Source of the DNA: an uncultured Burkholderiaceae bacterium
GTDB taxonomy: Bacteria > Pseudomonadota > Gammaproteobacteria > Burkholderiales > Burkholderiaceae_E
NCBI GenBank assembly: GCA_964509685.1
Contig: CAZDYQ010000006.1
Coordinates: forward strand, 176 to 64,175
DNA length: 64,000 nt
Direction of reading: 5' to 3'
Shown here piece after piece: positions 9,849 to 22,786 of the stretch (the stretch's first letter is position 1; each line of letters opens with the position of its first letter). The translations under genes and the position numbers were made by a program. The notes under the pieces were generated by a model, which saw only the letters and a program-made list of their open reading frames with translations, had not been told where the DNA came from and made no database searches.

Positions 9849-10030
9849 GATGCAGCGAGGTTAACGCATGGACGGTGTCCCTTGGGGGACAGGCGGCATG
9901 GAGCGCTTCCGTGCCTCGCCGTTGCCACATTCGATCACTCCGGTGCCCGTGCCCGCCCCGGCCGGGCCCCGCCGCGAGGGTCGAATGCGGCCTTGGGAAA
10001 CACCACGAGAGAAACGCACGGGGAACCGGG

Positions 10031-12307
10031 ATGGCGAAGCGCGACACGCGGGAATCGACGGCAGGCATGGCGGGCGGGATGGTCGGCGCCGGGGAGGCCG
10101 AGGGCCGGATCCGGCATCCGGGCGCCTGGCTCGAATGGCTGATGCTGGTGGGCTATGCGGCGGCCACGGCGATCGCGATCGGTTGCGCGCTCGCGATCCT
10201 CGTCGCGCTCACCGCCTCGGCCGCGATGGCGGCGCCCTCCTCGATCGACGCCGAGGCGACGCGCTCGGCCCTGCAGGCGACCGAGGGCCGGATCGTCCCC
10301 GCCGCGCTTGCCGGGCTGCCGCGGGTCGCCGGCGTGGACGAGGCCGAGGGCGCCGGCCTGCTGCTCGCCACCGGCGAGGGCCTCGTGGTCGCGCCGGTGC
10401 AGGCCACCAGCACCCGCATGAAGGTGACCGGCAGCACGGTGCGCAGCGTGGTGACCCAGCGCTTCACGAATCCCAGCGACGAATCGCTGGAAGGCGTGTT
10501 CGTCTTCCCCCTGCCCGAGGACGGCGCGGTGGACCACATCCGCATGCGCGTCGGCGAGCGGGCGATCGAGGGCCGCATCGAGGACCGCGCCCAGGCGCGC
10601 GAGAACTACGAGCGCGCCAAGGCCCAGGGCCAGCAGGGCTCGCTGGTCGAGCAGGAACGCCCCGACCTCTTCACCGCCCGTGTCGCGAACATCGCCCCCT
10701 GGTCAACGGTCGAGGTCAGCATCGAGTACCAGCAGACGCTCGCGCTGCGCGACGGCGCATGGCGGCTGCGCATTCCCGCCCTGTTCGACCACCGCGCGGA
10801 CGCACCCGGGTCGGCGGGCGCGACGAGCCCGCGGGTGCCCGCCATGTCGATGGCGCCGGCGGTTTCGCTCGTGGTGGACATCGATCCCGGCATGCCGATC
10901 TCCCGGCCGGTGTCGGGCTCGCACGAGGTGCTGGTGATCGAGGACCGCGCCGCGGCGGAGTCGACCGCGACGGGGGCCGAGTCGGCGCCGCGCTACCAGG
11001 TCCGCCTCAAGCCCGGGAGCGCCGCGCCCGAGCGCGACTTCGAGCTCGAGTGGCAGCCGCTTCCCGGCCATGCGCCCGTCGCGATGCTGCCGATCGAGAA
11101 GCACGGCGACAACTGGTACGCGATGCTCATGCTGACGCCGCCCGCCTCGCTGGCGAGCCCCGGCGGGCGCGCTCCGCGCGAAATCCAGTTCGTGGTGGAC
11201 GCGTCCGCCTCGATGGCCGGCGAACCGCTGGAGCAGGCCAAGGCCGCCCTGCGATTCGGCCTCGAGCGGCTCGCCCCCGGCGACCGCTTCAACCTGCTGC
11301 GTTTCGGCGACCGCGGCCAGGCCCTGTTCGACGAGCCGCGTCCGTACGATGCCCGGACCGCGCGCCAGGCGCGCGCATGGATCGCGGAGCTCGCCGCCGC
11401 CGGCGGCGCGCGCGACCCCGGCGCCATCGAACGCGCCTTCGCGGCGCCGCTTCGCGACGGCTTCGACCACCAGGTCGTGCTCGTCGGCGACGGCCGCGTC
11501 GAGCACGAGGATGCGATGCTGCAGGTCATCGATGCCGGCGCCGGCGCGCGGCGGCTCTTCTCCGTGGGCGTGGGATCGGCCTCCAATGCATGGTTCATGG
11601 ACAAGGCGGCGGAGGCCGGGCGCGGCACCTTCACCCGCATCGCGCGCATCGGCGAGGTGGAGCGGCGCATGGCGGAGCTCTTCGCCAAGCTCGGGCGGCC
11701 GCTCGTGACCGGCATCCAGATCGCGTTCGACGGCGCCCAGCCGCTCGACCCGCTGCCGGAGGCATGGGAGCTCCATGCCGGGGAGCCACTGATCGTTCGG
11801 GCGCGCTTCGCCCGTCGCCCCGCCGGCGCGACCGTGTCCGCGTGGCTCGGCGACACGCGCTGGGAGGGCCGGGTGAACGCCCGCGTGACGGAGGGCACCG
11901 GCCTGCACGTGCAGTGGGCGCGCCAGCGCATCGAGACCCTCCAGGACCGTCTGCGCTTCGCCAGCGTGTCCGAGGCCGACCAGGCGTTGCTGCGCGACGA
12001 GATCCGCGAGCTCGGCATGACCCACCATCTCGTCACGCCCTACACCAGTCTCGTCGCGATCGACGAGTCGCCCGCGCGCCAGGTGGTGTCGCAGGCGCGG
12101 GGTTCGCGCGCCGTGGCCGGCCCGAGCATCGGCTGGGAACACATCGCGGCGCTCGCCCCGGGGCAGATGGCGCGGCTCGCCGCCGCCGGCCGCGAGATCG
12201 TCATCGGGCTCGGCATCCTGCTCTTCGCCCTGGGCCTGCTGCGGATCGGCTCGGTCCGCCAGGCCCGGCCGGCGCCGGAGCCCGTCCCCGGCCAGGCCAA
12301 CCGCTGA
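10031..12307 (+). CDS. VIT + von Willebrand factor A domain membrane/surface protein, like a sortase-target protein but lacking an LPXTG motif.
   Basis: ORF 9875..12307 trimmed to ATG 10031 (MAKRDTRE...). It has an N-terminal signal-anchor. VIT-like region: VTQRFTNPSDESLEGVFVFPLPEDGAVDHIRMRVGERAIEG. The vWA MIDAS motif is FVVDASASMAG. The C-terminal hydrophobic helix IVIGLGILLFALGLLRIG is followed by a basic tail. Confidence 0.8.
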   Translation: MAKRDTRESTAGMAGGMVGAGEAEGRIRHPGAWLEWLMLVGYAAATAIAIGCALAILVALTASAAMAAPSSIDAEATRSALQATEGRIVPAALAGLPRVAGVDEAEGAGLLLATGEGLVVAPVQATSTRMKVTGSTVRSVVTQRFTNPSDESLEGVFVFPLPEDGAVDHIRMRVGERAIEGRIEDRAQARENYERAKAQGQQGSLVEQERPDLFTARVANIAPWSTVEVSIEYQQTLALRDGAWRLRIPALFDHRADAPGSAGATSPRVPAMSMAPAVSLVVDIDPGMPISRPVSGSHEVLVIEDRAAAESTATGAESAPRYQVRLKPGSAAPERDFELEWQPLPGHAPVAMLPIEKHGDNWYAMLMLTPPASLASPGGRAPREIQFVVDASASMAGEPLEQAKAALRFGLERLAPGDRFNLLRFGDRGQALFDEPRPYDARTARQARAWIAELAAAGGARDPGAIERAFAAPLRDGFDHQVVLVGDGRVEHEDAMLQVIDAGAGARRLFSVGVGSASNAWFMDKAAEAGRGTFTRIARIGEVERRMAELFAKLGRPLVTGIQIAFDGAQPLDPLPEAWELHAGEPLIVRARFARRPAGATVSAWLGDTRWEGRVNARVTEGTGLHVQWARQRIETLQDRLRFASVSEADQALLRDEIRELGMTHHLVTPYTSLVAIDESPARQVVSQARGSRAVAGPSIGWEHIAALAPGQMARLAAAGREIVIGLGILLFALGLLRIGSVRQARPAPEPVPGQANR

Positions 12308-12345
12308 GGCCGTGCGGCGCCCCACGCAGCGGGCCGCGCGTCTCG

Positions 12346-16545
<4,200 letters not shown>

Positions 16546-16572
16546 GCGGCGCCGTCGCGGGGCGGTGCATAC

Positions 16573-16597
16573 GGGGCCGGCCGATCGAGCCGGCCCC
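16573..16597 (+). terminator. Stem-loop terminator downstream of nirS.
   Basis: GGGGCCGGC-cgatcga-GCCGGCCCC begins 28 nt after the nirS stop. The following tract is only moderately T-rich (GTTCGCGTTC). Confidence 0.55.
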
Positions 16598-16693
16598 GTT
16601 CGCGTTCGGGGGATGCGGACGGGTCCCGGCGGCGGGCCCCCGCGCGGCACGGCACAATAGGCCCCGCGTACGCGGAGAGGCAAGGAGACAGTC

Positions 16694-17488
16694 ATGGAAC
16701 AGGTCGAGACGATGCAGGGGACCGACTGGGCGGCACTCGCCGCCGAGCTCGAACAGATCCTCAGGCTGCGCAGCTTCCCGATCGGGATGAAGCTGTTCGA
16801 GACCGTGGAAGAGATGGAGGCGGTGCCGAAGATCCGCCGGCCCGACGCGATCCACACCACCGACCAGGTCGTCGCCCAGGCCGCCCGGCTCGGGCGCACG
16901 GTCGGGATCACCGCCGACGATCTCGTCGGGGCGCAGTGCCGCGCCGTCATCGGGCTGGGCGCCCAGGACGAGACCTGGCGCAGCGGCCGGTCGATGGTGG
17001 GCGTCTGGTACGCGACACCGGACGACGCGAGGGCGCACCAGGAGTCGATGCACGTGGTTCCGGAGGGCCGCTACCAGGCCCTCGCCGTCTCGCCGCTCGC
17101 GTCGGGTCGGCTCGATCCGCCCGACATCGCGTTGTTCTATGCCACGCCCGGCGCGATGATGTACTTCATCAACGGCCTGCAGTGGTCGGGCTACAAGCGC
17201 TTCGACTGGAGCGTCGTCGGCGAGTCGTCGTGCGCCGACTCCTGGGGCCGCGCGCTGGCGACGCGCACGCCGAGCCTGTCCATTCCCTGCTTCGCCGAGC
17301 GACGCTACGGCGGCGTGCTCGACGAGGAAATGCTGATGGCGCTGCCCCCCTCCTACATCGCCAAGGCGATCGCCGGCATGCGGGCGCTCGCGAAGAACGG
17401 CCTGCGCTATCCGTTCCCCCAGTACGGCATCGGACAGGACGTCCGCGCGGGCATGGCGGTGAGCTACCCGGACCGCGCGAAACGCTAG
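16694..17488 (+). CDS. DUF169-family protein of unknown function.
   Basis: 264 aa with an AAGGAGA RBS. The sequence (FPIGMKLF, DIALFYATPGAMMYFINGLQW, GESSCADSWG) resembles DUF169/COG2043 proteins as I recall them; this is not verified by search. Confidence 0.6.
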   Translation: MEQVETMQGTDWAALAAELEQILRLRSFPIGMKLFETVEEMEAVPKIRRPDAIHTTDQVVAQAARLGRTVGITADDLVGAQCRAVIGLGAQDETWRSGRSMVGVWYATPDDARAHQESMHVVPEGRYQALAVSPLASGRLDPPDIALFYATPGAMMYFINGLQWSGYKRFDWSVVGESSCADSWGRALATRTPSLSIPCFAERRYGGVLDEEMLMALPPSYIAKAIAGMRALAKNGLRYPFPQYGIGQDVRAGMAVSYPDRAKR

Positions 17489-17507
17489 GGCGACGCGGCG
17501 GAAGGCG

Positions 17508-18992
17508 TCAGGGCTGCGCGACGGCCGGGATCGCCCTCCCCGCGCGCAGGCCCGCCTGCGCACCGACGGCCACCGCGCCGCCCGCCTCCCGCAGCATCGC
17601 GGCCATCCGCTCCAGCCCGGGCATCCTCGCCGCGCGCAGCCTCCCCAGGAGCTCGTCCACGACCGGATCGGCCGTGGCACGCAGGTGCTCGACCATGCCG
17701 GAGTAGGCCTCGAGCCGCGACCGGCGCAGCCAGTCCTGCAGCTCGGGCCGCCCGGCCCATCGCGCCTGGTTGCGCGCGGTCTGCAGGTGCATGCGCAGCC
17801 AGTCGAGCGGCACCTCCGGAACGGGCACCGGCTCGCATAGGGCGTTCTTCTCCTCCTCGTCGTCCAGGGTGGCCTCGAGGTGCGCGACGAAGGCCGCGCT
17901 GAAGGCCGGCGAGCAGCGCCGCACATACTGGGGCACGATGCGCGCGCCCTGGAACATCGGCTGCGAACCTTCGCGCGGCAGGCCGACGGCGCTGCAATGG
18001 ATGTGCACGTGAGCGGTGGACGTGGCGATCGCGCCGTCGCCGAGCAGGATGCGATCGGTCTCGATGGAGCGCACGCGCCCCATGCGCACGACCCGCCGGA
18101 TGCGGCGTAGCTGCGCCAGCTCGGCCTCGCTCACGATGGCGCAGCGGTACATCGTCGGCTCGACGCCGGGGTCGATGCGCATGAGCAGCCGCCCGCGTTC
18201 GAGACGGTCGAAGAGGTCGCGCAGCGACGTGGCGTCCCGCGCCGCCTCGAGCTCGGCGACGGACGCCGCGAGCGCCTGCCGGCCGAAGGTTTCCGTCGGC
18301 TGGACGTTGGCGCGGTTGAGCAGCCACGCCTCGCGCGGCCGAATCCAGGTGATGGCATCGGGATCCACGCCGTTCTGCAGCAGCCACAGGGCGGTGTCCA
18401 GCGAGGTCTTGCCGCCGCCGACGATGACGTAGCCACTCGCCGGGCGTCGCCCCCCGCGGGCCAGCTCCGTGGGCGTCAGGCAGGTCGCTCCCGCGGCGAC
18501 GCGAAAGCGTGGGCCGTGCGTCGCGGGCACCTGGGTGTCCGCGCGGGTCGCGTCGATCCAGCGCCGCCTCGCCACCAGGCGCCTGCGCCTGCCGTCCAGC
18601 AGCCCGTGGGCGACGCCGTCGTCGCCCACGTCGTGCATGGGCAGCCACGTCACGCGGCCCCCGGGCAGCAGTCGTTCTCGCAGCACGCGGTCGAAGTAGG
18701 CGCAGACCTCGGCGCCACTGGCGAGCTCGTGATGCCCCCGGTTGAATCCCACCCGGTCGATGCGCCCCTCGCCCAGCGGCAGCGAATTCACACCGTAGGT
18801 GGTCGACGGGCCATGCAGCCGCACGAAGGGATAGGCGTCGTTCCAGTGCCCTCCCGGGAAGGCACGGCGGTCCGCCAGTATCACGCTGGCGGACGTCTCG
18901 GCCACGAGGGCGTCGGCGAACCCCATGCCCACCGCGCCGGCACCGACGATCACGTAGTCCGCCTCCAGTGGGGATGCATTCGTCCCGCTCAT
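17508..18992 (-). CDS. FAD/NAD(P)-binding oxidoreductase (flavin monooxygenase-like).
   Basis: 494 aa. N-terminal dinucleotide fold YVIVGAGAVGMGFADAL and a second GxGxxx motif YVIVGGGKTSLDTALWL. AAGGAGA RBS upstream. Confidence 0.7.
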   Translation of the reverse strand: MSGTNASPLEADYVIVGAGAVGMGFADALVAETSASVILADRRAFPGGHWNDAYPFVRLHGPSTTYGVNSLPLGEGRIDRVGFNRGHHELASGAEVCAYFDRVLRERLLPGGRVTWLPMHDVGDDGVAHGLLDGRRRRLVARRRWIDATRADTQVPATHGPRFRVAAGATCLTPTELARGGRRPASGYVIVGGGKTSLDTALWLLQNGVDPDAITWIRPREAWLLNRANVQPTETFGRQALAASVAELEAARDATSLRDLFDRLERGRLLMRIDPGVEPTMYRCAIVSEAELAQLRRIRRVVRMGRVRSIETDRILLGDGAIATSTAHVHIHCSAVGLPREGSQPMFQGARIVPQYVRRCSPAFSAAFVAHLEATLDDEEEKNALCEPVPVPEVPLDWLRMHLQTARNQARWAGRPELQDWLRRSRLEAYSGMVEHLRATADPVVDELLGRLRAARMPGLERMAAMLREAGGAVAVGAQAGLRAGRAIPAVAQP

Positions 18993-19026
18993 CGCATTCT
19001 CCTTGGCGCCGCCCGCGCGGCGCGTG

Positions 19027-19857
19027 TCAGCCGCGCGTGATGAGAATCTCGAGGTACTCGCCCGGAACGACCAGGGAGTCGGGGCCGGCGACGTTCAGCT
19101 CGTCGAGCAGCGCCACCATCCCGCGCTCGAGCGAACGCGCGCCGTCCTCGTCGAGCGCCTCGAAGGCCTTGCGTGTCGGCCCGTACAGTCGCCGGAAGTC
19201 GTCGACGAAACGCGCGGCCGAGTAATGGCGGAACATGAAGTGTCGCCGCCGGCATTCGATCCGCGCCGCGTGGCTGCCGAAGAGCTCGACGATGTGCGGC
19301 TCGCTACCCCACAGCGAGGGCGGCCGCAAGCCGGCAGGGGGCGGCACGTGCGCGCCGATGACCTTGAACAGGCGCCCGATGAAGCCGGCGGGCGTCCAGT
19401 TCGCCATGGCGATGCGGCCTCCCGGACGGAGCACGCGCAGCATCTCGCCGGCGGCGCGCGCATGGTCGGGCGTGAATATGACGCCGAAGGTCGACATCAC
19501 GACGTCGAAGCTGCCGTCGGGAAAGGGCAGCGCCTCCGCGTCGGCAAGCCGGAAATCGATCGTCAGTCCCTCGGCGTCGGCCCGGGCGCGCCCCCTGTCG
19601 AGCAGCGACTGCACGTAGTCGGTCGAGGTGACGATGGCGCGGCGCCTGGCGGCGGCGAGCGAGGCGTTGCCGTTGCCGGCCGCGACATCGAGGACCGACT
19701 CGCCGGCGCGCACGTCGGCCGCCTCGGCGAGCGTCTCGCCGACGATCTGCAGGGTGACGCCGATGGCGGCGTAGTCGCCGCTCTCCCAGGTGGACTGCTG
19801 CCGCCGCTTGATAGCGGCGAAATCGGGCGTGGTCCGTTCGGCCGTGGTGGTACTCAT
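19027..19857 (-). CDS. Class I SAM-dependent methyltransferase.
   Basis: ORF trimmed to MSTTTAERTT at 19857, preceded by GGAGG. SAM motif I VLDVAAGNGNASL, post-I TSTDY, and motif II/III DVVMSTFGVIF / LRPGGRIAMANW. Confidence 0.85.
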   Translation of the reverse strand: MSTTTAERTTPDFAAIKRRQQSTWESGDYAAIGVTLQIVGETLAEAADVRAGESVLDVAAGNGNASLAAARRRAIVTSTDYVQSLLDRGRARADAEGLTIDFRLADAEALPFPDGSFDVVMSTFGVIFTPDHARAAGEMLRVLRPGGRIAMANWTPAGFIGRLFKVIGAHVPPPAGLRPPSLWGSEPHIVELFGSHAARIECRRRHFMFRHYSAARFVDDFRRLYGPTRKAFEALDEDGARSLERGMVALLDELNVAGPDSLVVPGEYLEILITRG

Positions 19858-20050
19858 GTGAACCTCCTGCGGGTGGGGCGTCGCCGCCGGATGCGGCGAC
19901 GGTTCCATCCTCCGCCCCGCTCGCCGTTGACGCTTTCCCTCGCGTCGTGCAGATTTGCCCGAGCGTCCGCCGATGGCGCCCCGAGCGTCCGGGCTCCCGG
20001 CCATGCGTACGGCACGCGCCTGGTCACGGGCGCCGTGCGAGGGGGATCCG

Positions 20051-21049
20051 ATGAGCCACGACCCCTTGTCCGACGTCCTGCGCAGCGTGCGGCTGCGGGG
20101 CGCGATCTTCTACTACGTGAGCTTCAGCGGCGACTGGGCGGCCGAGACGCCGGGCTCGCGGGTCCTGGCGGACGCCCTGATGCCCGGCGCGGAACATGTC
20201 CTCGCCTACCACCTCATGGTCAGGGGCAGCGGCTGGGCCGCGGCGGACGGGCATGCGCCCGTGCGTTTCTCGAACGGCGACATCGTGATGTTCCCGCGGG
20301 GCGACGCCCATGTCCTGTCGAGCGCGCCGGGCCTGCGCGCCAGCGAGGACCACAGCGACTGGCGCTTCGTCACGCGCGACGATCCCAAACCGATCGCGGT
20401 CGCGTACCACCGCGGCGTGCTGCGTCCGGGGCTGGCGGGGCCGGCCGAGGAGGCGAACGCCGTCGTCGTCTGCGGCTTCGTGGCATGCGACCTGAAGCCG
20501 TTCAATCCGCTGATCGCGGCGCTGCCCGCGCAGATGCTCGCGCCGGCCGGGACGCTCGGTCCCTGGACGACGCAGCTGATCGACCAGGCGGTCGCCGAGT
20601 CCCGCGAGCACCGGCCCGGCAGCGCCGCGGTGCTCGAGCGCGCCAGCGAGTTCGTCTTCATCGATACGGCGCGCCGCTACCTCGAATCGCTGCCGCCGTC
20701 ATCGTCTGGCTGGCTCGGCGCGCTGCGCGATCGCCATGTGGGCCGGGCCATCGCGCTGATGCACGAGCGGCCCGCCGAAGCGTGGAGCGTGGAGGAGCTC
20801 GGGCGGCAGGTGGGTCTCTCGCGGTCGGCGCTGCACGAGCGCTTCGTCGAGCTCACCGGCCAGGCGCCGATGCAGTACCTGGCCAACTGGCGCATCCAAT
20901 TGGGCGCCGGGCTGCTGCGCCAGGGCGGCATGAAGGTCGCGGCGGTCGCGCAGGAGGTGGGCTACGAATCGGAGGCCGCCTTCGCGCGGGCCTTCAAGCG
21001 CCTGGTCGGCCAGCCGCCGGCCGCCTGGCGACGCGCCCAGGCCGACTAG
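20051..21049 (+). CDS. AraC-family transcriptional regulator with an N-terminal cupin-type sensor domain.
   Basis: Trimmed to MSHDPLSDVLRSVRLRGAIFY at 20051. C-terminal AraC HTH pair: WSVEELGRQVGLSRSALHERF and VAAVAQEVGYESEAAFARAFKR. Confidence 0.85.
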   Translation: MSHDPLSDVLRSVRLRGAIFYYVSFSGDWAAETPGSRVLADALMPGAEHVLAYHLMVRGSGWAAADGHAPVRFSNGDIVMFPRGDAHVLSSAPGLRASEDHSDWRFVTRDDPKPIAVAYHRGVLRPGLAGPAEEANAVVVCGFVACDLKPFNPLIAALPAQMLAPAGTLGPWTTQLIDQAVAESREHRPGSAAVLERASEFVFIDTARRYLESLPPSSSGWLGALRDRHVGRAIALMHERPAEAWSVEELGRQVGLSRSALHERFVELTGQAPMQYLANWRIQLGAGLLRQGGMKVAAVAQEVGYESEAAFARAFKRLVGQPPAAWRRAQAD

Positions 21050-21072
21050 ATCCGCCGGCCCGACGCTCGCGC

Positions 21073-21510
21073 TCAGCGATCCTCGGGATTCGGCGCCGGC
21101 GGCAGTCCGGGCGGCGCCTCACCGCCGGCGCGCACGACGACCGGCTCGGGCCGCAGGAAGATGAACAGGGCCGAGCCCCCGAGGAACACCAGGACCATGG
21201 CGAGCACGACGGGCCGGTCGTGCAGGAGCAGGCTGCAGATCACCACGCTGCAGGCGAGCCCGACGTACGCCGCCTGCTTGGCGCGACGCGGGATGGCGCC
21301 CTGCTCCTGCCAGGTGCGAAGCGGCGGCCCGTAGACGGGATGGGCGAGCAGGCGGGCGCGCCATGCGGGGTGGCCCTTGCCGAAGGCCCATAGCGCGACG
21401 AGCAGGAAGGGCACCGTCGGCATGACCGGCACCAGGATGCCGACCAGCCCGAGCAGAAGGAAGAAGAGCCCCAGGATGCGCCAGAAGAGCGTGAGCGCGG
21501 CTTGCGTCAT
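21073..21510 (-). CDS. YbaN/DUF454 inner-membrane protein.
   Basis: 145 aa starting MTQAALTLFWRILGLFFLLLGLVGILVPVMPTVPFLLVALWAF. It aligns with E. coli YbaN (LPVLPTTPFILLAAWCF). Confidence 0.8.
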   Translation of the reverse strand: MTQAALTLFWRILGLFFLLLGLVGILVPVMPTVPFLLVALWAFGKGHPAWRARLLAHPVYGPPLRTWQEQGAIPRRAKQAAYVGLACSVVICSLLLHDRPVVLAMVLVFLGGSALFIFLRPEPVVVRAGGEAPPGLPPAPNPEDR

Positions 21511-21586
21511 GGCGCAATCATAGCCTCGACGGCGGGCGCGGCGATGTGGCCACGCTGCCGGCAAGGGCGTCGGCCGACCGCTTCCC

Positions 21587-22786
21587 TCAACCGACCGCTT
21601 CCATGTGGTTGTCGAACGCGAGTGCCTTGCCCACGTCGGCAGCCGCGACGCGCGCGAGGCGCCAGCGCCCGTCCTCGCGCACGAAGCCCCGAACCTCGCC
21701 GGCGCCGCCGGTGGCGACGGCCAGGGTCCCCCGGGCGTCGATCGCGACGGCGCACGCATCGAGCATTGGCAGGCTTTCCTCCAGACGGTTCGCCTTCCAG
21801 TCCCAGAACACCAGCGCATTGCCGCGCGGCGAGCTGGCGATCGCGTGCCTTCCCGCGGCGGCGACGCGCACGCTGCCGACATAGCCCTGGAGGGCGACCC
21901 AGTCGCCCGGGGCGGCCTCGGGAAACGCGAGCGCGTCCTCGCCCCGATGGCGAGCGAGCAGTCCGCCGCCGGGACCGTCGCCCGCCTGCCCCTCGTGCTG
22001 GATCGCGACGAGTACCGTGCCGTCGGCGGCCACGTCGAGATGGCGGATGCCCTGGCGATGGTCGGGCGGCTCATAGCGGCCGAGCAGGCGGCCCGAGGCG
22101 ATCTCCACGTAGTTGAGCGCCGGCCTCATGGCGTCGATGTCGAGGTTCTCGCGCGGTCGCGCGGGATGGGTGCGGATGCCGCCGATGGCGACGGCAAGGC
22201 TGCGGCCGTCGGGCATGAGCCGCAGTTCGTGCGGCCCGACGCCGTGCGCCGGGAACTCGCCCACGATGCGCCAGTCGTCGGTGGACCGTGCGACGATGAC
22301 GCCTCGACCGGCCTCGTAGTCGTTCTCGGTGGTGAGCAGGTGGGACCCGTCGGCGGTGAATGCGCCGTGTCCGTAGAAGTGGCGTCCCCCGGCCGAGGAA
22401 AACGCGGCGACGAGCCGGCGCTCGGCGAGATCGACGACCCATGCCCGGGTGCCGGGCCGGCGCGCGAACACCACCACACGGTCCGGGCGGCCGGGATCCT
22501 GCGCGAAGCCGTGCGCCCGGGCATCGACCCGGATCCGCGCGAGCTCGGCGTACGCCGCGTCGTGCAGCACCAGCACGTGGGCGCCGTCGGCCTCGCGGGC
22601 GGCGACCACGTAGGCGGCGCGCTGGCGCGACGGCGCGCACCCGGGAAGCCCGGCCGCCAGGGGCAGGCCGAGCCCGCAGGCGAGCAGCCAGCGCCGGCCC
22701 GAGGAGCCGAGCGCCTGGCGCGGGAAGCGAAGGCGCGACGCGACGGCGCGTCGCGTTGCGGCGTCACGGTCGTTCCGGATGCGCAT
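21587..22786 (-). CDS. DUF1513 protein, periplasmic beta-propeller-like, with a Tat-type leader.
   Basis: Trimmed to MRIRNDRDAATRRAVASR at 22786. GRHFYGHGAFTADGSHLLTTENDYE is typical of DUF1513. Its start shares 1 nt with the upstream stop (TGATG). Confidence 0.8.
   Translation of the reverse strand: MRIRNDRDAATRRAVASRLRFPRQALGSSGRRWLLACGLGLPLAAGLPGCAPSRQRAAYVVAAREADGAHVLVLHDAAYAELARIRVDARAHGFAQDPGRPDRVVVFARRPGTRAWVVDLAERRLVAAFSSAGGRHFYGHGAFTADGSHLLTTENDYEAGRGVIVARSTDDWRIVGEFPAHGVGPHELRLMPDGRSLAVAIGGIRTHPARPRENLDIDAMRPALNYVEIASGRLLGRYEPPDHRQGIRHLDVAADGTVLVAIQHEGQAGDGPGGGLLARHRGEDALAFPEAAPGDWVALQGYVGSVRVAAAGRHAIASSPRGNALVFWDWKANRLEESLPMLDACAVAIDARGTLAVATGGAGEVRGFVREDGRWRLARVAAADVGKALAFDNHMEAVG

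Noticed and set aside
9876-9891. Inverted repeat TGTCCC-ttgg-GGGACA in the RR/target divergent promoter as the RR operator.
   Set aside because: OmpR-family regulators usually bind direct repeats. A single 6-bp inverted repeat in GC-rich DNA is weak evidence. It is noted only as a candidate for footprinting.
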